Shown: piece by piece, positions 47,464 through 60,132 of the stretch
Position numbering within the stretch: position 1 is the first letter of the stretch
Layout: each line of letters begins with the position of its first letter
Position numbers and translations under genes: made by a program
Assembly: GCA_010093605.1 (NCBI GenBank)
Contig: MU004194.1
Span: forward strand, 720,323 to 784,322
DNA: 64,000 bases
Direction: 5' to 3'
Source of the DNA: Lophium mytilinum
Taxonomy: Eukaryota
Notes under the pieces: generated by a model
Databases searched by the model: none
The model's input: only the letters and a program-made list of their open reading frames with translations
Told to the model about the DNA's origin: nothing

Positions 47464-48245
47464 TTGCGTCCTTTACATTCCGTTTTGAAAATCTCAGTAC
47501 GTGTAGAGGTGTCTGACGACTTTAAACATACTGTCAAAACGGTCTCAGAACTAACTCAATTCATACTATCTATTCCATAGGTCTAGTTTGTCACATCACG
47601 TACCACAAGCTTCAAATTCACGGCTTTGCATCCTTTACATTCCGTTTTGAAAATCTCAGTACGTGTAGACGTGTCTGCCGACTGTTACCGTACTGTCAAG
47701 ATAATCTAAGAACTAACTCAATTCATACCATCTAATCCATGGGTTTGGTTCACAGTACCATATAGCATTACGTACCACGAGCTTCAAACTCACGGCGTTC
47801 CGTCCTTGACATCCTATTCTCACATTCTAAGTATGTGTAGAGGTGTCTTACGACTGTAAACATATTGTCAAAACGGGGTTTAAAGTGACCCAATTCATGC
47901 TCTATTCCACTGGTCTAATTTACAACACAACACAGCATACGTACGACAAGCTTCAAATTCACGGTGTTCCGTCCTTGACATCCTATTCTCAAATTTCAAG
48001 TACATGTAGAGGTGTCTTACAACTATAAGCATATTGTCAAAACGGTATTAAAACTAGCCTAATACATACTGTCTATTCCACTAGCCTAATTTACAACGCC
48101 ATATAGTATACGTACGATAGGCTTCAGATTCATGGCGTCCCGTCCTTTACATCCTATTTCAAAAATCTTAGTACGTGCAGAGGGACCTCAAAAGCGTGCA
48201 TATAGTGTCAGAACGCTAACCGCTACGGCCCAATTTGGATTATAG
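47464..48245. repeat. Tandem array A: about 4.5 units of 162-172 bp
   Basis: Recurring tcctt(t/g)acat...agta(c/t)(g/a)tg(t/c)aga...tgtcaa...agcttcaaattcacgg. The gta(c/t)(g/a)t anchor falls at 47497, 47659, 47831, 48000 and 48171. Confidence 0.9.
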
Positions 48246-48333
48246 ACGTCTTTCTCCTTGCATTACCCTCCGCGTACCCCATTTTATTTCTCTATATACG
48301 TTACTCCGCGTAGCCTGTACGTGCCCGTTCTAG

Positions 48334-48850
48334 CATCATTTAGACGCCACGGCCCCATCTGTGGCCCCCTCTGCGTCTTCTTTTTCAACTCTACGTGCCC
48401 CATTTAGCATCTTTTCTTATACTACGAGCCCCTCATTATCCCCTCTATATTCACCTCCGTGTGTGCTTTCTTACCTCTATATCTTCTTCTATTTCTTTAT
48501 ATATCTTTAGTAACATCTTTTACACGCTATGGCCCCCTTTAAGTCCCCTATATATAATGTGCTTTGCCTTTATATACTTACTTTAGTATCTTTCTATGCA
48601 TAAGGTCCCCCGCTGTATACCCTATATATACCCCTCTACGTCTCCCTATTTACCTCCGCGTGCCTTCTTTCTTTACTTTATATACTTTTTATAGCATCTT
48701 TTACACGCCACGGCCCCCTTTAAGTCTCCTCTGCGTGATATGATTTGCCTCCATATACCTACTTTGCCATCTTTCTATACACCACGTCCCCCTCTGTGTA
48801 GCCTATACATGCCCCGCTGCGTCTCCCTATTCTCCTCCGCGTACCCTCTT
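48334..48850. repeat. Tandem array B: about 3 pyrimidine-rich units of 180-181 bp with RIP-like transitions
   Basis: Anchor catc(a/t)ttta(g/c)acgc(c/t)a(c/t)ggcccc at 48334, 48514 and 48695. Followed by 3 x 12 bp gtccccct(c/t)cac near 48948-48984. Confidence 0.85.
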
Positions 48851-49190
48851 TCGCAGCTCTTGTTACCCCAAGTCCCCCTCTGCAAACCTTCTGTATAGCC
48901 CTTTGCGTCCCCCTACACGTGCCCTTTAGCCTCTTTTGTTATACGGCGTCCCCCTCCACGTCCCCCTCCACGTCCCCCTTCACGTACATCTAACTCACAC
49001 AAGCACCAAAACACACCACAATATGCTCAAGAGTCTCTTCTATTCCTACTGTACAGTTTTTAAAACAAGGGCCGAAGCCCGAACCTGGGGTATAATAATC
49101 ATAATTCGTTTGCCCCCAATGGTGCCCGCAGGCCATGCAAAAACACAAACAAACCGGCCCGAACCCCACGCTCAACTCCAATCGCTATGC

Positions 49191-52036
49191 CTAATAATCG
49201 AATTCACCCTTGAAACCCCCCCGAAGGAGGGTGCCTGCAAGCTGCAGGCGCGCGGTTGGCATGCCCCCCGACGTCACCTTCTCCGCCGGCTCCACCCCCT
49301 TCACCAACGCCAAGGCGTTGAATGCAGTAAATACGCCGCAATCACGCGCGTTGCCTTGGTGGCCGGACCTATTTGGGACATGTGTCCACTCATTCGCCAC
49401 GTAAAGGGCCCCCAGCTCACACTCTAGGAAGCGGCGTGCCAAGTGCACGTAGTGCTCGTACGCGCGCTTGGCCGGGTTGAGGCTGTCAAGAAGCTCAATC
49501 TCTCGAAGTTGCGGTTTGATTGCCAGAAGGCGCCAGTGATTTCCCTCGCAAATGGGGATAACAATAAGCTTTGTGTCGAGCAGTCGCTTGCCTCCGAGGC
49601 CTGCGCGCGTGTGCCACTTCCTCACACTCTCGAACTCTTTCGGGTCAAATGCCGGCTTGTCCTCGTTGAACTTGGCCTTGTTTTTGCCCTTGACGTTGGT
49701 GTACCACTGGGACGCGATGGCTTGCACTGGCGGTCCGCGCCCTGATCCTTTCTTCCAACCTTCTAGCTCTTGTTCACGCTCAGCCAGCAGTTTGAGGTAA
49801 GTGTTGACAATCTCGTCGTCAAGCCACGCTTGGGGGTTACCTCCGGCAAACTTGGTTGGTAGGAGGCTGCCGAAGTTTCTGCCCTTGAGAGACATGGCGT
49901 GCATTCCGTTTGGGCCTTGCTTCGCCGCCGCGTCGATGGCAGCTGCAGCTTCTTTCGAAATCCGGAAGATGATCGGTCGAGCGGCCTCTTTAGCCTTTGC
50001 AGCAGCTTCAGCCGCGTCGCGCGCAGCTTTCTCGAGGAGCCTCTGCTTCTCTGCAGCTTCCTCTGCCTCAGCCTTTCGCTGGGCCTCCTCCTCAGCCTTT
50101 CGCTTGGCTTCCGCCGCCTGTCGCTTGGCTTCCTCCTCTTTCTTCAAAATCGCGAGACGTTCCCTTTCGTCTTTCACTTGGCGCTTCTTCTCAGACATCT
50201 CTATTCCGTTCCAGTGCCAATTTTCGAACTCGCGAGTGACACTGCCCAGCAGCGGAGCGATGCCGTCGTCTTCATCCTTCTTCTTTGGTGACTGATTGGA
50301 TAAATCGGGGAAGGCTTGCGGTGATTTCCTGCCTTCGGCGAAGAACCCGCCTTCGTAGTCCTCTAGATCAGTCTCATCTAGGGTCTCTGCGGGGTGCGGA
50401 AGCCTTGGAGGTTGGTTGCCAAAGCGGTTCTCGTCTTGCTCGGCAATAGCCATATGGCCATGAAAATAGCGCACATGTTCTAGGACCGCGTGCTCCGTCT
50501 TAGTGGGGTCCGTGGGGTCAAGCTTGAACGAGTTCTCGTGAAACCTGATCGACTTTCGGGGAGGGGCATCCTCAAGAGTCGACATGTCGTTGTCAACGGG
50601 GGTCTGCGGGTGCAGTTGCAGTGTGCCTCCAAGGAGGTGCTCACTGCCTTCTGCCTCAGGGAACGCGCCTGGGGTCTTCGGGAGGGTTTCGATAGAACCA
50701 TCGTCGCCGTCTTGGCCATTGCTGGTGGTGTGCATGTGGTCATCAACAAGAATGAGGGGCTGCTTGTGCGCAGTGCCCTCCTGGCCGACGACGGCGAGAT
50801 TGGTGTCGGTGGTGGGGTCCGCTGCAAGGTCTGACAGCACCGGGGCCTGGCCCACCTTTGGATCCGATTGCGGGGTGGCGCTAGCAAGCGCAGCTGGGAG
50901 CTTGAGCTTCGACTTTTCGCGACCAGCTTGCGCATTCCCGGTCCGACGCTTTTGAGACGGGGCCTTCGGCACCAACGCGGGGCGGCGATGAGCGATGGAC
51001 AAGGACGCCCGCCGTTCTGCCTTGATCTTCTCTAGCTGCTTCCAAAGCCGATGTTGATGGATCATGTCAATCCTGTTTCCGCTCTCGTCGAACTGGTACC
51101 GCAAAAGAGCTTTCGCCGCCTCGGGGTTGGCGGACCTCTCCCACATGTAGATGTTCTCCAAGCGAAGGTCAGCTGGATTCACCTGCCTAAGCCATGGAGC
51201 TTGTTCGCTCAGTTCCGAGTCAGGCTGTAAGTCTGTGCTGTCGATCTGCGACGCGACGGGGGACGTTGGTGTAGCGGCGCTGGTGAAAGATGGTATAGCG
51301 GCATTGGGGGATGATGGTATAGCGACATTGTCGGTAGTATATTGCTCTTCCGGCCACTCGCCTGGGACATGACGAGGGAGAAGACTCGACAGATCTTCAG
51401 TCGTGTTGTTTATGTCCAAAAAGAGCCTTTTATTGCTCCGCGGACTACTGACTGGGACGGCTGCGATATTGTAGACTACATCCGGCTGAGCAGGGTGTGG
51501 AGTTCGAGTGAAGAAAGTCGTGACTTTTGTGATGACCGAGGTCAGAGGACGGAAGGTCGCGAATCGTCCGATTGCGCGGCGAGTGACGGGGACGAATGCA
51601 GTGACGGAGGATAGGGTAGGAAGGGTAGGGACATTGCGCGCGACCATCTGAAAAGCGTATCCAACCCGCCCGGTCGCGGGCATAGGATTCTACGTAGCAG
51701 ATTAGCTTTGGTAGAGAAGGAGCGACTGCGCACCGTGGCGCATGGATGACTTACAACAGCATTGAAGTCATCGATATCAAGCATCGACACATCCAACGCC
51801 TCGGCCTCGACCTCAGCTGGAGTTGCGGATGGCTGGCCCTCGAACTGGAGGATCGGCACAGCGACGGGAATCGACGCTGACGGTGCGACTGCGGCTGCAG
51901 GTCCGCGGCCGCCCGACATGAAGTAGTCTGGTCCGGACTCGGGTCCTGGTGACAGGCCGGGAGGGGTGCGCACGCCATAGTCAGACGGCGAAGGAGGTGG
52001 AAAGGCTGGCGAAGCTGATCTCTTGCGTCGCGCCAT
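49191..52036 (-). CDS. ULP1: Ulp1-family SUMO protease, peptidase C48 (exons 52036-51755 and 51689-49191)
   Basis: WLDDEIVNTY, catalytic His (GNHWRLL), Asp (LLDSL), oxyanion Gln and Cys (QGNARDCGVF), preceded by a coiled coil. Exon 1 is 94 codons (MARRKRSASP) and splices in frame. Symbol reflects family-level recognition. Confidence 0.85.
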
Positions 52037-52859
52037 TGTTGCAAGGTGGTGAATCAAGTGCAGGAAGGGTCAATGGAGCGCGAGGGATCTCAGCGCAGGC
52101 GCGAGGGAGAGGTGAAGGGTGGTTCAAACAACGTGTGTCGAGGACGGTGTTGTTGTTGTGATGCGTGATGGTGGTGGTGGGGTGGAAGCTGCGACGGAGC
52201 TTTTGAAGGGAAACTCCCACGATCGCCAAGCCTTTTGACCTGTTCGCGGGGAGACGCTAACTGTATTCGGCTTAGCGCCTTGACACGATCAACGCTCACC
52301 CCCCGGCAAGCCGGTCCCGTGTCCTGGGCAGGCATGGCAACATGCAAGGTACCGCTGGGTGCGGGGCTCAACACCACGCGTCTATCGTGACTATTCCCGC
52401 CACCAGCTTTGGCCGCTAAGTCCATTTTGCGTTGCCGGGCCACCAGACTTGTCGATGAGAGAACATGCACTTGTCAGTATGCGGGTTTGGTGTGATATAT
52501 TCTACAGAGAATTTGGATGCAGATGGCCCATACTTAAGTAGGTTGCGGTGTAAGTCTCGCAATCTGTTCCTTGCTTGTTTGATGTAGTTGCGTAGTGATC
52601 TGAAAGCCGGGAAGCTGCTTGGAGCTTGGTCGGCAACAATTCTTCAAAGCCTTGGAAAAGTGGTCTTGCATATGTCAACCGTGAAGACTTCGGTGTGTGA
52701 AGGATTTTTGGTAGTAACCCAATGTCAAACGAGAGGAGTGAAGAACTCAAGTACTCCAGTGCTAGGTCCTGCAGCCATGGATCAGAGGAGAGAAGTCATA
52801 CGTAGCACACAAGCTAATTATAGGAGACAAGGGAGCCACAGCACGACCGCATTAAGGCT

Positions 52860-54068
52860 TTGGCCTACATGCCCTGGTGCCCCTCTGTAACATGCTTCAC
52901 CACAGTTTCAAATTCCGGGATAAGTTCTAGGGCTATCAAATTGAGCCATCTGTTGGCTCGTCGGCTACTAGACAAAGCCGTCTACCGCTCCACTACTTTA
53001 TGTATCACCAAGAAGATACACCTTGCCCTCTCTATCCTCGTGTCGACCGCCGCTCGCTGCACCAGCTCCACTTGCTGACGGTTCTAATTGGTCTACTCTC
53101 GCCCCACGATCTTTTCGTACCACGCTTACTCCACTTTGACCGTATCTCGCACCTTGGGGATCAATAACAAGACAATCACCTTCCCTAGCTATCCTGAAAT
53201 CGTGAAGGACTGAGCAGAAGATGCTGAATCAACACCTAGCTTCTATAGTAATACTTACTTATAGTTCGCGACAAAGGTCCACCTGGCTACAGCTGGTACA
53301 TGGAGACACAGGCGAACTCGAGCTAACCTTAGAGAAGCGATATAGGTCAGCTACACACGACATGATTTAGTCGACGAAACCATCAAAGAGTTATGGGACA
53401 GGGCTCTATGTATCATAGCTTGGACGGTCATAGCTAAAAGATTTACAATACGGCTATGAGATATGCTGCTGGCAGGAGAAATAAACAGATTTTACACCAA
53501 AGCGTCCGTAGAGCTCTCCATTTTTGACGATGAGAGGTTTTCGGACTTTCCGCACAGGCGGAAGATTGAGACCTGCGTCGAGTCTTCGAAGCAAGCCGTG
53601 AACAAAAACCTCCCGCAACCCTAAACAAGATGCTATTAAAGATTCCAGGCCCCTAAAAATGCTGAAGGCGGCAGCAGTTGCCGTATTGGCATCAGTATTG
53701 TTGCCATTGACGGGGCATCTGGAAAGTTCGCGGCCACATTACTTCGGAAGCTGACTCTGAAGAATGCTGAGAAAAGCAGTGCGCAAGATGTCGTGGCGCT
53801 CGAGATTTTGAAGCCAGGAAAACTCTTGAAAGGCAAATCAGCTCCGAAAAGTCCCACTCTTTTCCCCGTCAACAGATCATTGTCGATTTGGATGATTCTG
53901 AGGTTCGATCGAGGACGAATAGTAAGCTACCAACAAACGCATAAAGCTAGTCAACGTCGAGAAGGCTATCTAGACGGTATGTATTCGATATCTATTGGAG
54001 CGAGAGGAAGACAAGTGGATAGTCGACAAGCAGAGGTCGAGATAGTTGAGCGATTGGTAGATGCTTGA
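52860..54068 (+). pseudogene. Decayed reading frame of unknown family
   Basis: One frame of about 400 codons with about 8 internal stops (e.g. TGA 53457, TAA 53622, TAA 53637) and protein-like text (LVDETIKELWDRALC...FDDERFSDFPHRRKIETC...VVALEILKPGK). Confidence 0.4.
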
Positions 54069-55352
54069 TGATTAGGGATAGAGGACTGACGACATTGGAG
54101 TGAATGGAGGAAATGAGAAATAGGATAGCTTAACGGGGTAGTGGAATTCCTAATAGCTTGAAAAGACAGGAGAGTTGTAAAGTTAGTGTCTCTCTGCTAC
54201 TTACCAAACTCCTCGTAGGCGAAGCATGTCCGCTGTCTACCGGTGCAATCTGAGTATAGACTGGATAGATATGATGTGACGGGCCTGTAAACTCCCAGTC
54301 TCTCTTTGCTTGGTGAAACTTTCATTCAACAACGCTCTAAAGCTCTGGCCACTACCAACCGCGGCTATGGATGATGGTTTAAGAAGCACTGCTCCATGCC
54401 TCTTATGTCGATGGGGTTTTTAACATGCAACACTCTGCTCGCACTTCTCTGGCGCTGCGATTGATAAACTGGCCACGCTCAGGTAGCCATGACTTGCATA
54501 GGGAGAATGCGTTTTAGTTCTGCTTGCGAAGGGAATGTGAGGCAGCCGAAGGGAACGTGTATTTTAAAGGTCAATTCATGGGGACTGTACGTTACTCTTT
54601 GTTACTGATGAGAACCTTTCCTCAAGGGTCATCCAATCTTGCCATGAGCATGCTCGGTGGTTTCCTCGCAAGCCAGAATGGAGCTTGAGGTACGGGGAGC
54701 ATGAAGCTGAGGATCAGAGGTGCAAGGCCTAGCCTCGAAGAATGTTCCTTGTAAATCAAGCCAGCTCATGATTGCACTGTAAATCCGCACATAACGTCGT
54801 GTGAGGTTGTTCGAGGGCTCCCGACTGTCCACGAGAATTCACTCAAGCTTTTCGAAGTTTGCCGAAGTAGGATAGGTCTGGCATACGAGTTTAGACGGAT
54901 AAGAGTTTCAAGGCGTTTTTCGAGACGGCATTGGAGTGTACGTATGTGTATAACTTGTTGTGCCAGTCTGTCAGCGCTTTTCATGCACAATCTAGATTTA
55001 TGTACGCCAAGCCTGGCCAGTTTAGAAGCTCCCTGATGCGAGCTAGCTAGAAGCGGCTAGCGCGGCCGGGACTCTTAGCACTCCAGGACTGCTTCCAAGG
55101 TCGCAATCAACAACAGACCTTCACCACCTCCCCGCAGTCGTCGCCGTCGCCCCACGATACCACCGACACCCAACTTCGCCGGCCTCTCGTGCGGTGCAAA
55201 TACTAACAGGCAAGGTCCCGCCACCGGCGTGCCCTTTCTTCTAGACAGCACGTCATCTGTTCCTAATCCGGGGCGGCAAGCAGCGCCCTCGCAAAAGCAC
55301 CCTCAACGAACCACCAACCCTCTTATACCCTCGTGCTCACGCTCCCGCAATC

Positions 55353-56639
55353 ATGGATACAAACATGGAGGATGTGAAGATGCCCGAGCCCATGCAGATG
55401 TTGTCTGTCCCGACCACAGAACCTGCCTCGATTTCGACTCTTGACGGATGGATTGAGAGTCTGATGGCCTGCAAGCAGCTAGCCGAAAGCGATGTCCAGA
55501 GACTTTGCGACAAGGTGAGCAATCCACACTGCGACGCTCAATTTTGCGTCGCTTGACTAGGGCACTCGTTTCATGTGTAGCAAAGGCTGACAGTTGTCGC
55601 GTGTCCAGGCTAGGGAGGTCCTGCAAGACGAGTCCAATGTACAGCCAGTGGTAAGCAGCATGCATGCTCTTTGAGGCTGTCAAAAGCTTACCGCAATTCA
55701 GAAATGTCCTGTCACCGTGTGCGGAGATATACACGGCCAATTCCACGACTTGATGGAGCTTTTCAAAATCGGTGGACCCAACCCAGATACTAACTACCTT
55801 TTCATGGGTGAGCTTCGAAGTAATATTTTGGCGCAAAGTCGTATTCTAACGATAATATAGGTGACTACGTCGACCGTGGCTACTTCTCGGTGGAAACCGT
55901 GACCCTCCTTGTGGCCTTGAAGATTCGGTATCCCCAGCGCATTACGATCCTCCGCGGCAACCACGAGTCCCGCCAAATTACCCAGGTATACGGGTTCTAC
56001 GATGAGTGCCTTCGAAAGTACGGAAACGCCAACGTGTGGAAATCCTTCACGGATCTCTTCGACTACCTCCCCCTCACCGCCCTTATCGACAACCAGATCT
56101 TCTGCTTGCACGGCGGCTTGTCTCCCAGCATTGACACCTTGGATAACATCCGGGCTCTTGACAGAATACAGGAGGTGCCCCACGAAGGTCCCATGTGCGA
56201 CCTCCTCTGGTCAGACCCTGATGATAGGTGTGGGTGGGGCATATCTCCCCGAGGCGCGGGGTACACGTTCGGGCAGGATATCTCTGAGGCGTTCAACCAC
56301 AACAACGGTCTGACGCTTGTAGCACGAGCCCATCAATTGGTCATGGAGGGGTACAACTGGTCTCAGGATCGAAATGTGGTGACAATATTCTCTGGTGAGT
56401 TGGGTCCCCATTACTGCCACTGACGAAGGCTAATGCGCACAGCACCAAACTACTGCTACAGATGCGGTAACCAGGCTGCGATCATGGAGATAGACGAGCA
56501 TCTGAAGTACACCTTGTAAGCTATCTTCTACTGCCCTCTACTCAGCATATGCTAACATATCTGCAGCCTGCAATTCGACCCGTGCCCACGAGCTGGGGAG
56601 CCGATGGTGTCTCGCAGAACCCCGGATTACTTCCTTTAG
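55353..56639 (+). CDS. pphA: Ser/Thr protein phosphatase 2A catalytic subunit, multi-exon
   Basis: [38 protein letters not shown] (spliced) and the invariant C-terminus RRTPDYFL. Confidence 0.97.
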
Positions 56640-57045
56640 ACAGCGTGCTTCCCTACTCGAGTCACTTTGCATGATTGGTAGACTGTACATAATACATCAG
56701 CCTATCAAAACGAACCGGCTTGGTCTCGCGCTGTGGACCATCCGTGATGATGATGCCACGCTTGAATGGGCGTTACAGTTGGGTGCTTTCGCGATCGAAC
56801 CATGGAGTGCGCTGCAGGAAGCACCAGGGCGTTGCGAAGCCAAGCGTGAAGGATGCAGACGGTACAACGAGCGTGTCTGCTCGATGGGCGATGAATATGA
56901 GCGTGCCATGAACTATTTTGCTCGTGTGCTGTTCGTTGTGACTGCCAGGCTGCTTCAACTAGCTACGATAGAACTAAAGCCCCCCACTTTGCGCTAGACC
57001 GAACCTTGGAATCGTTAATTGAATTTATCCGTGCCAACCTAGACG

Positions 57046-57073
57046 ACGCGAAAAAGACGCGGCCCTCCACGCG
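57046..57073 (+). promoter_or_regulatory. Cluster of MCB/SCB-like G1/S elements upstream of MCM6
   Basis: Three ACGCG cores (57046, 57057, 57069); the first is ACGCGAAA. They lie 55-82 bp upstream of the ATG of a replication gene. Confidence 0.55.
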
Positions 57074-57127
57074 CCTCCTTTCCTCCCCACCACCCTCAAC
57101 TTTACAGTTCCGCTACAACCACGCAAG

Positions 57128-60100
57128 ATGTCTTCCGTGGCCGACGCAGCTCTCAATTCGGATTTCTTGGGCGCCGCCACTCCCTCTAGCGACCCTGGCG
57201 CCAGCCGACGCAGGAACCAGACGCCCTCCTCAGCCAGACAGCGCGCCCCGCCCTCAAGTGCAGGCGCCGGGAGCGACCATGAAGGCTTCCCCGATGACAA
57301 CATCGTCGGTGGAAGGGCACCTGGACGTAGGCCAAATGCTGCTACTGGGAACATACCTCGCGTCGTAGACGTCACTGGCGAGACATTGTCGCAGCGGTTT
57401 GAGGAGTTTCTAGAAGGGTCAGTCTGTTGAGCATTGCTGCCAGAAGAAGTCAGAGATTGATATATTTCACAGATTTACGGATGATCCCACTTCTTCCGCC
57501 GCCCCTACTGCGAGTGCCCAGACAGATGCCCGATTCTATATCGCTCAGATACACGGGCTTCGCCTGCACAACCTGTCGACCCTATACGTTGACTTCACCC
57601 ACCTTCTCAGACATGAAGACGGGGTGGTCGCTGAAGCGGTTGCAAGCGAATACTACCGTTTCTTACCGTATATGGTCCGGGCATTGCACAATCTCATCGC
57701 AAAGTACGAGCCGCAGTATTTCCGCGAGCATCGTCAACCGGCTTCGGCGTCGTCTGTGACCAATTCATCGGTCGCTGGGAACGCCCTCAGTCAGAACGAG
57801 TCTCTCAACGAGAAAACGACGAACCAGCAAACGGACAAGATATTCACACTAGCCTTCTACAATCTGCCCCTCGTCTCTCGGGTGCGCCAATTGCGTACCA
57901 CCTCTATCGGCCGCCTTTTATCTATCTCTGGAACTGTAACTCGCACTTCAGAAGTTCGTCCGGAGCTTTTCCTCGGAACTTTCATATGCCAGGCCTGTAA
58001 CGCCATCGTGCCCAATGTTGAACAGACCTTCAAGTTCACGGAACCAACACAATGCCCAAATCAAGTGTGCGGCAACCGAGACGGCTGGCGCTTGGATATT
58101 CGGCAGTCTACGTTTGTGGATTGGCAAAAGGTCCGAATCCAAGAGAACAGCTCTGAAATACCCACTGGAAGCATGCCTCGTACCATGGATGTCATCCTCC
58201 GCGGTGAAATGGTAGACCGAGCTAAAGCTGGCGAGAAGTGCATCTTCACAGGCACAGTCATCGTCATACCGGATGTGAGCCAGTTTCGCGTGCCAGGAGT
58301 ACGACCACAAGCAACCAGAGATTCTTCCAATGCCCCACGTGGAAGCGATGTGGGTGGCAGCGGCGTCACTGGGCTAAGACAGTTGGGTGTGCGTGATCTC
58401 ACCTACCGAATGGCCTTCTTAGCGTGCATGGTAATCCCAGACACGTCCACTCCAGGCCATCCTCAGAGCAACATCCTGGCGTCTTTGGGTCAAAATCAAC
58501 CGCTGGAGTCCAATGCCACGGGCGAGGAAGCTCAAAAGGAGTATCTCGAATCACTCACGCCTTCCGAGATTGAAGATCTTCGGAATATGGTACACAAGCC
58601 GAACATTTTCATGCGCCTGGTGGACTCCATCGCCCCAATGGTGTACGGGCATCAGGTTATCAAGAAGGGCTTGCTGCTCCAACTCATGAGCGGCGTGTCA
58701 AAGGAAACCCCGGAAGGAATGGCTCTTCGAGGCGATATCAACATATGTATCGTTGGCGACCCATCGACATCGAAATCGCAGTTCTTGAAGTACATCTGCA
58801 GCTTCCTCCCTCGGGCAGTGTACACATCCGGCAAAGCTTCTTCGGCCGCTGGTCTCACCGCAGCAGTAGTCAAGGATGAGGAGACTGGCGAGTTTACTAT
58901 TGAAGCGGGTGCACTGATGCTTGCAGACAATGGGATTTGCGCCATTGACGAGTTCGACAAGATGGATATTGCCGATCAAGTTGCCATTCATGAGGCTATG
59001 GAACAGCAGACTATCTCCATTGCTAAGGCCGGCATTCAAGCCACTCTCAATGCCAGGACATCGATTCTGGCAGCCGCTAACCCTGTCGGCGGTCGCTACA
59101 ACCGCAAGACGACCTTGCGTGCCAATGTCAACATGAGCGCCCCCATCATGTCTCGTTTTGATCTTTTCTTCGTCGTGCTAGATGAGTGTGACGAAACCGT
59201 CGATCGTCACTTGGCAGAGCACATTGTCGATATCCATCGGCTTCGCGACGAGGCCGTTCAGCCTGAATTCTCGACTGAGCAGCTCCAGCGGTACATCCGG
59301 TTTGCACGTACCTTCAAGCCCGAGTTCACAGAAGAGGCCAAGCGAACTCTTGTCGAGAAATATAAGGAACTTCGTGCCGACGATGCTCAAGGCGGTATTG
59401 GCAGGAACAGTTACCGCATCACGGTGCGTCAGTTGGAGAGTATGATCCGTCTCTCCGAGGCTATCGCCAAGGCTACTTGTGTGAGTGAAATCACTCCTGA
59501 TTTTGTGCGCGAAGCCTACAATCTCCTCCGCCAATCCATCATTTCCGTCGAGAAAGACGATGTGGAAGTTGAAGACGAGGACGAAGAAGCGGCTCTCAAT
59601 GATGGTGAGGCTGGTGCAGACGGCGAAGCTGCAACGGCGGACCAAGACCACGATATGGACGACCCAGATGATGACGCTGATGCTGAAGCTGGTCCTTCCG
59701 GAGACGGTGCAGCGTCACGAGCCGCGTCTCGCACGCCAGCGCCACAACGTGAGCGTACCAAGATCACCTACGACAAGTACATGTCCATCCTGAACTTGCT
59801 TGTGGGGCGCGTAAATGCGGATCAGGAGACATCCGAGGACGGCGTCGAGGAGGAAGAGCTGCTGGTCTGGTACCTTGAGCAGCGCGAGGCCGAATTGGAG
59901 ACGCAGGAGGACTTGGAGAATGAGAGAGAGCTAGCGAAGAAGGTGCTAAGAAGGATGGTCAAGGTACGTGCTTTGTGTTCCAAATGCAGGTCAGAGCTGC
60001 GCTAATGCGAAGTAGGATTCTATTCTCATGCCTATTCGCGGCGAGGGATTAGCGGACGATCAGGGACATGGCCTTGCCCAAGGCAAAGTGGTCTATGTCA

Positions 60101-60132
60101 TGCATCCTAATTGTTCTGTTGAAGATATGTAG
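57128..60132 (+). CDS. MCM6: DNA replication licensing factor MCM6 (introns about 57418-57472 and 59964-60015)
   Basis: TRTSEVRPEL, C4 zinc finger, EIPTGSMPRT, Walker A GDPSTSKSQ, IDEFDKM, Arg finger SRFD, YRITVRQLESMIRLSEA, C-terminal VMHPN. Confidence 0.97.

Noticed and set aside
47464..48990. CRISPR-like array
   Set aside because: Whole units are homologous with no unique spacers, the context is eukaryotic and there are no cas genes.
49191..52036. Transposon-borne Ulp1 (MULE or CACTA type)
   Set aside because: No transposase, terminal inverted repeats or target-site duplication seen; the gene resembles the host SUMO protease.
2374..52036. A ubiquitin/SUMO gene cluster (UBL protein, UIM orphan, UBA1, ULP1)
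   Set aside because: The genes are spread over 50 kb among unrelated housekeeping genes; chance co-location is sufficient.
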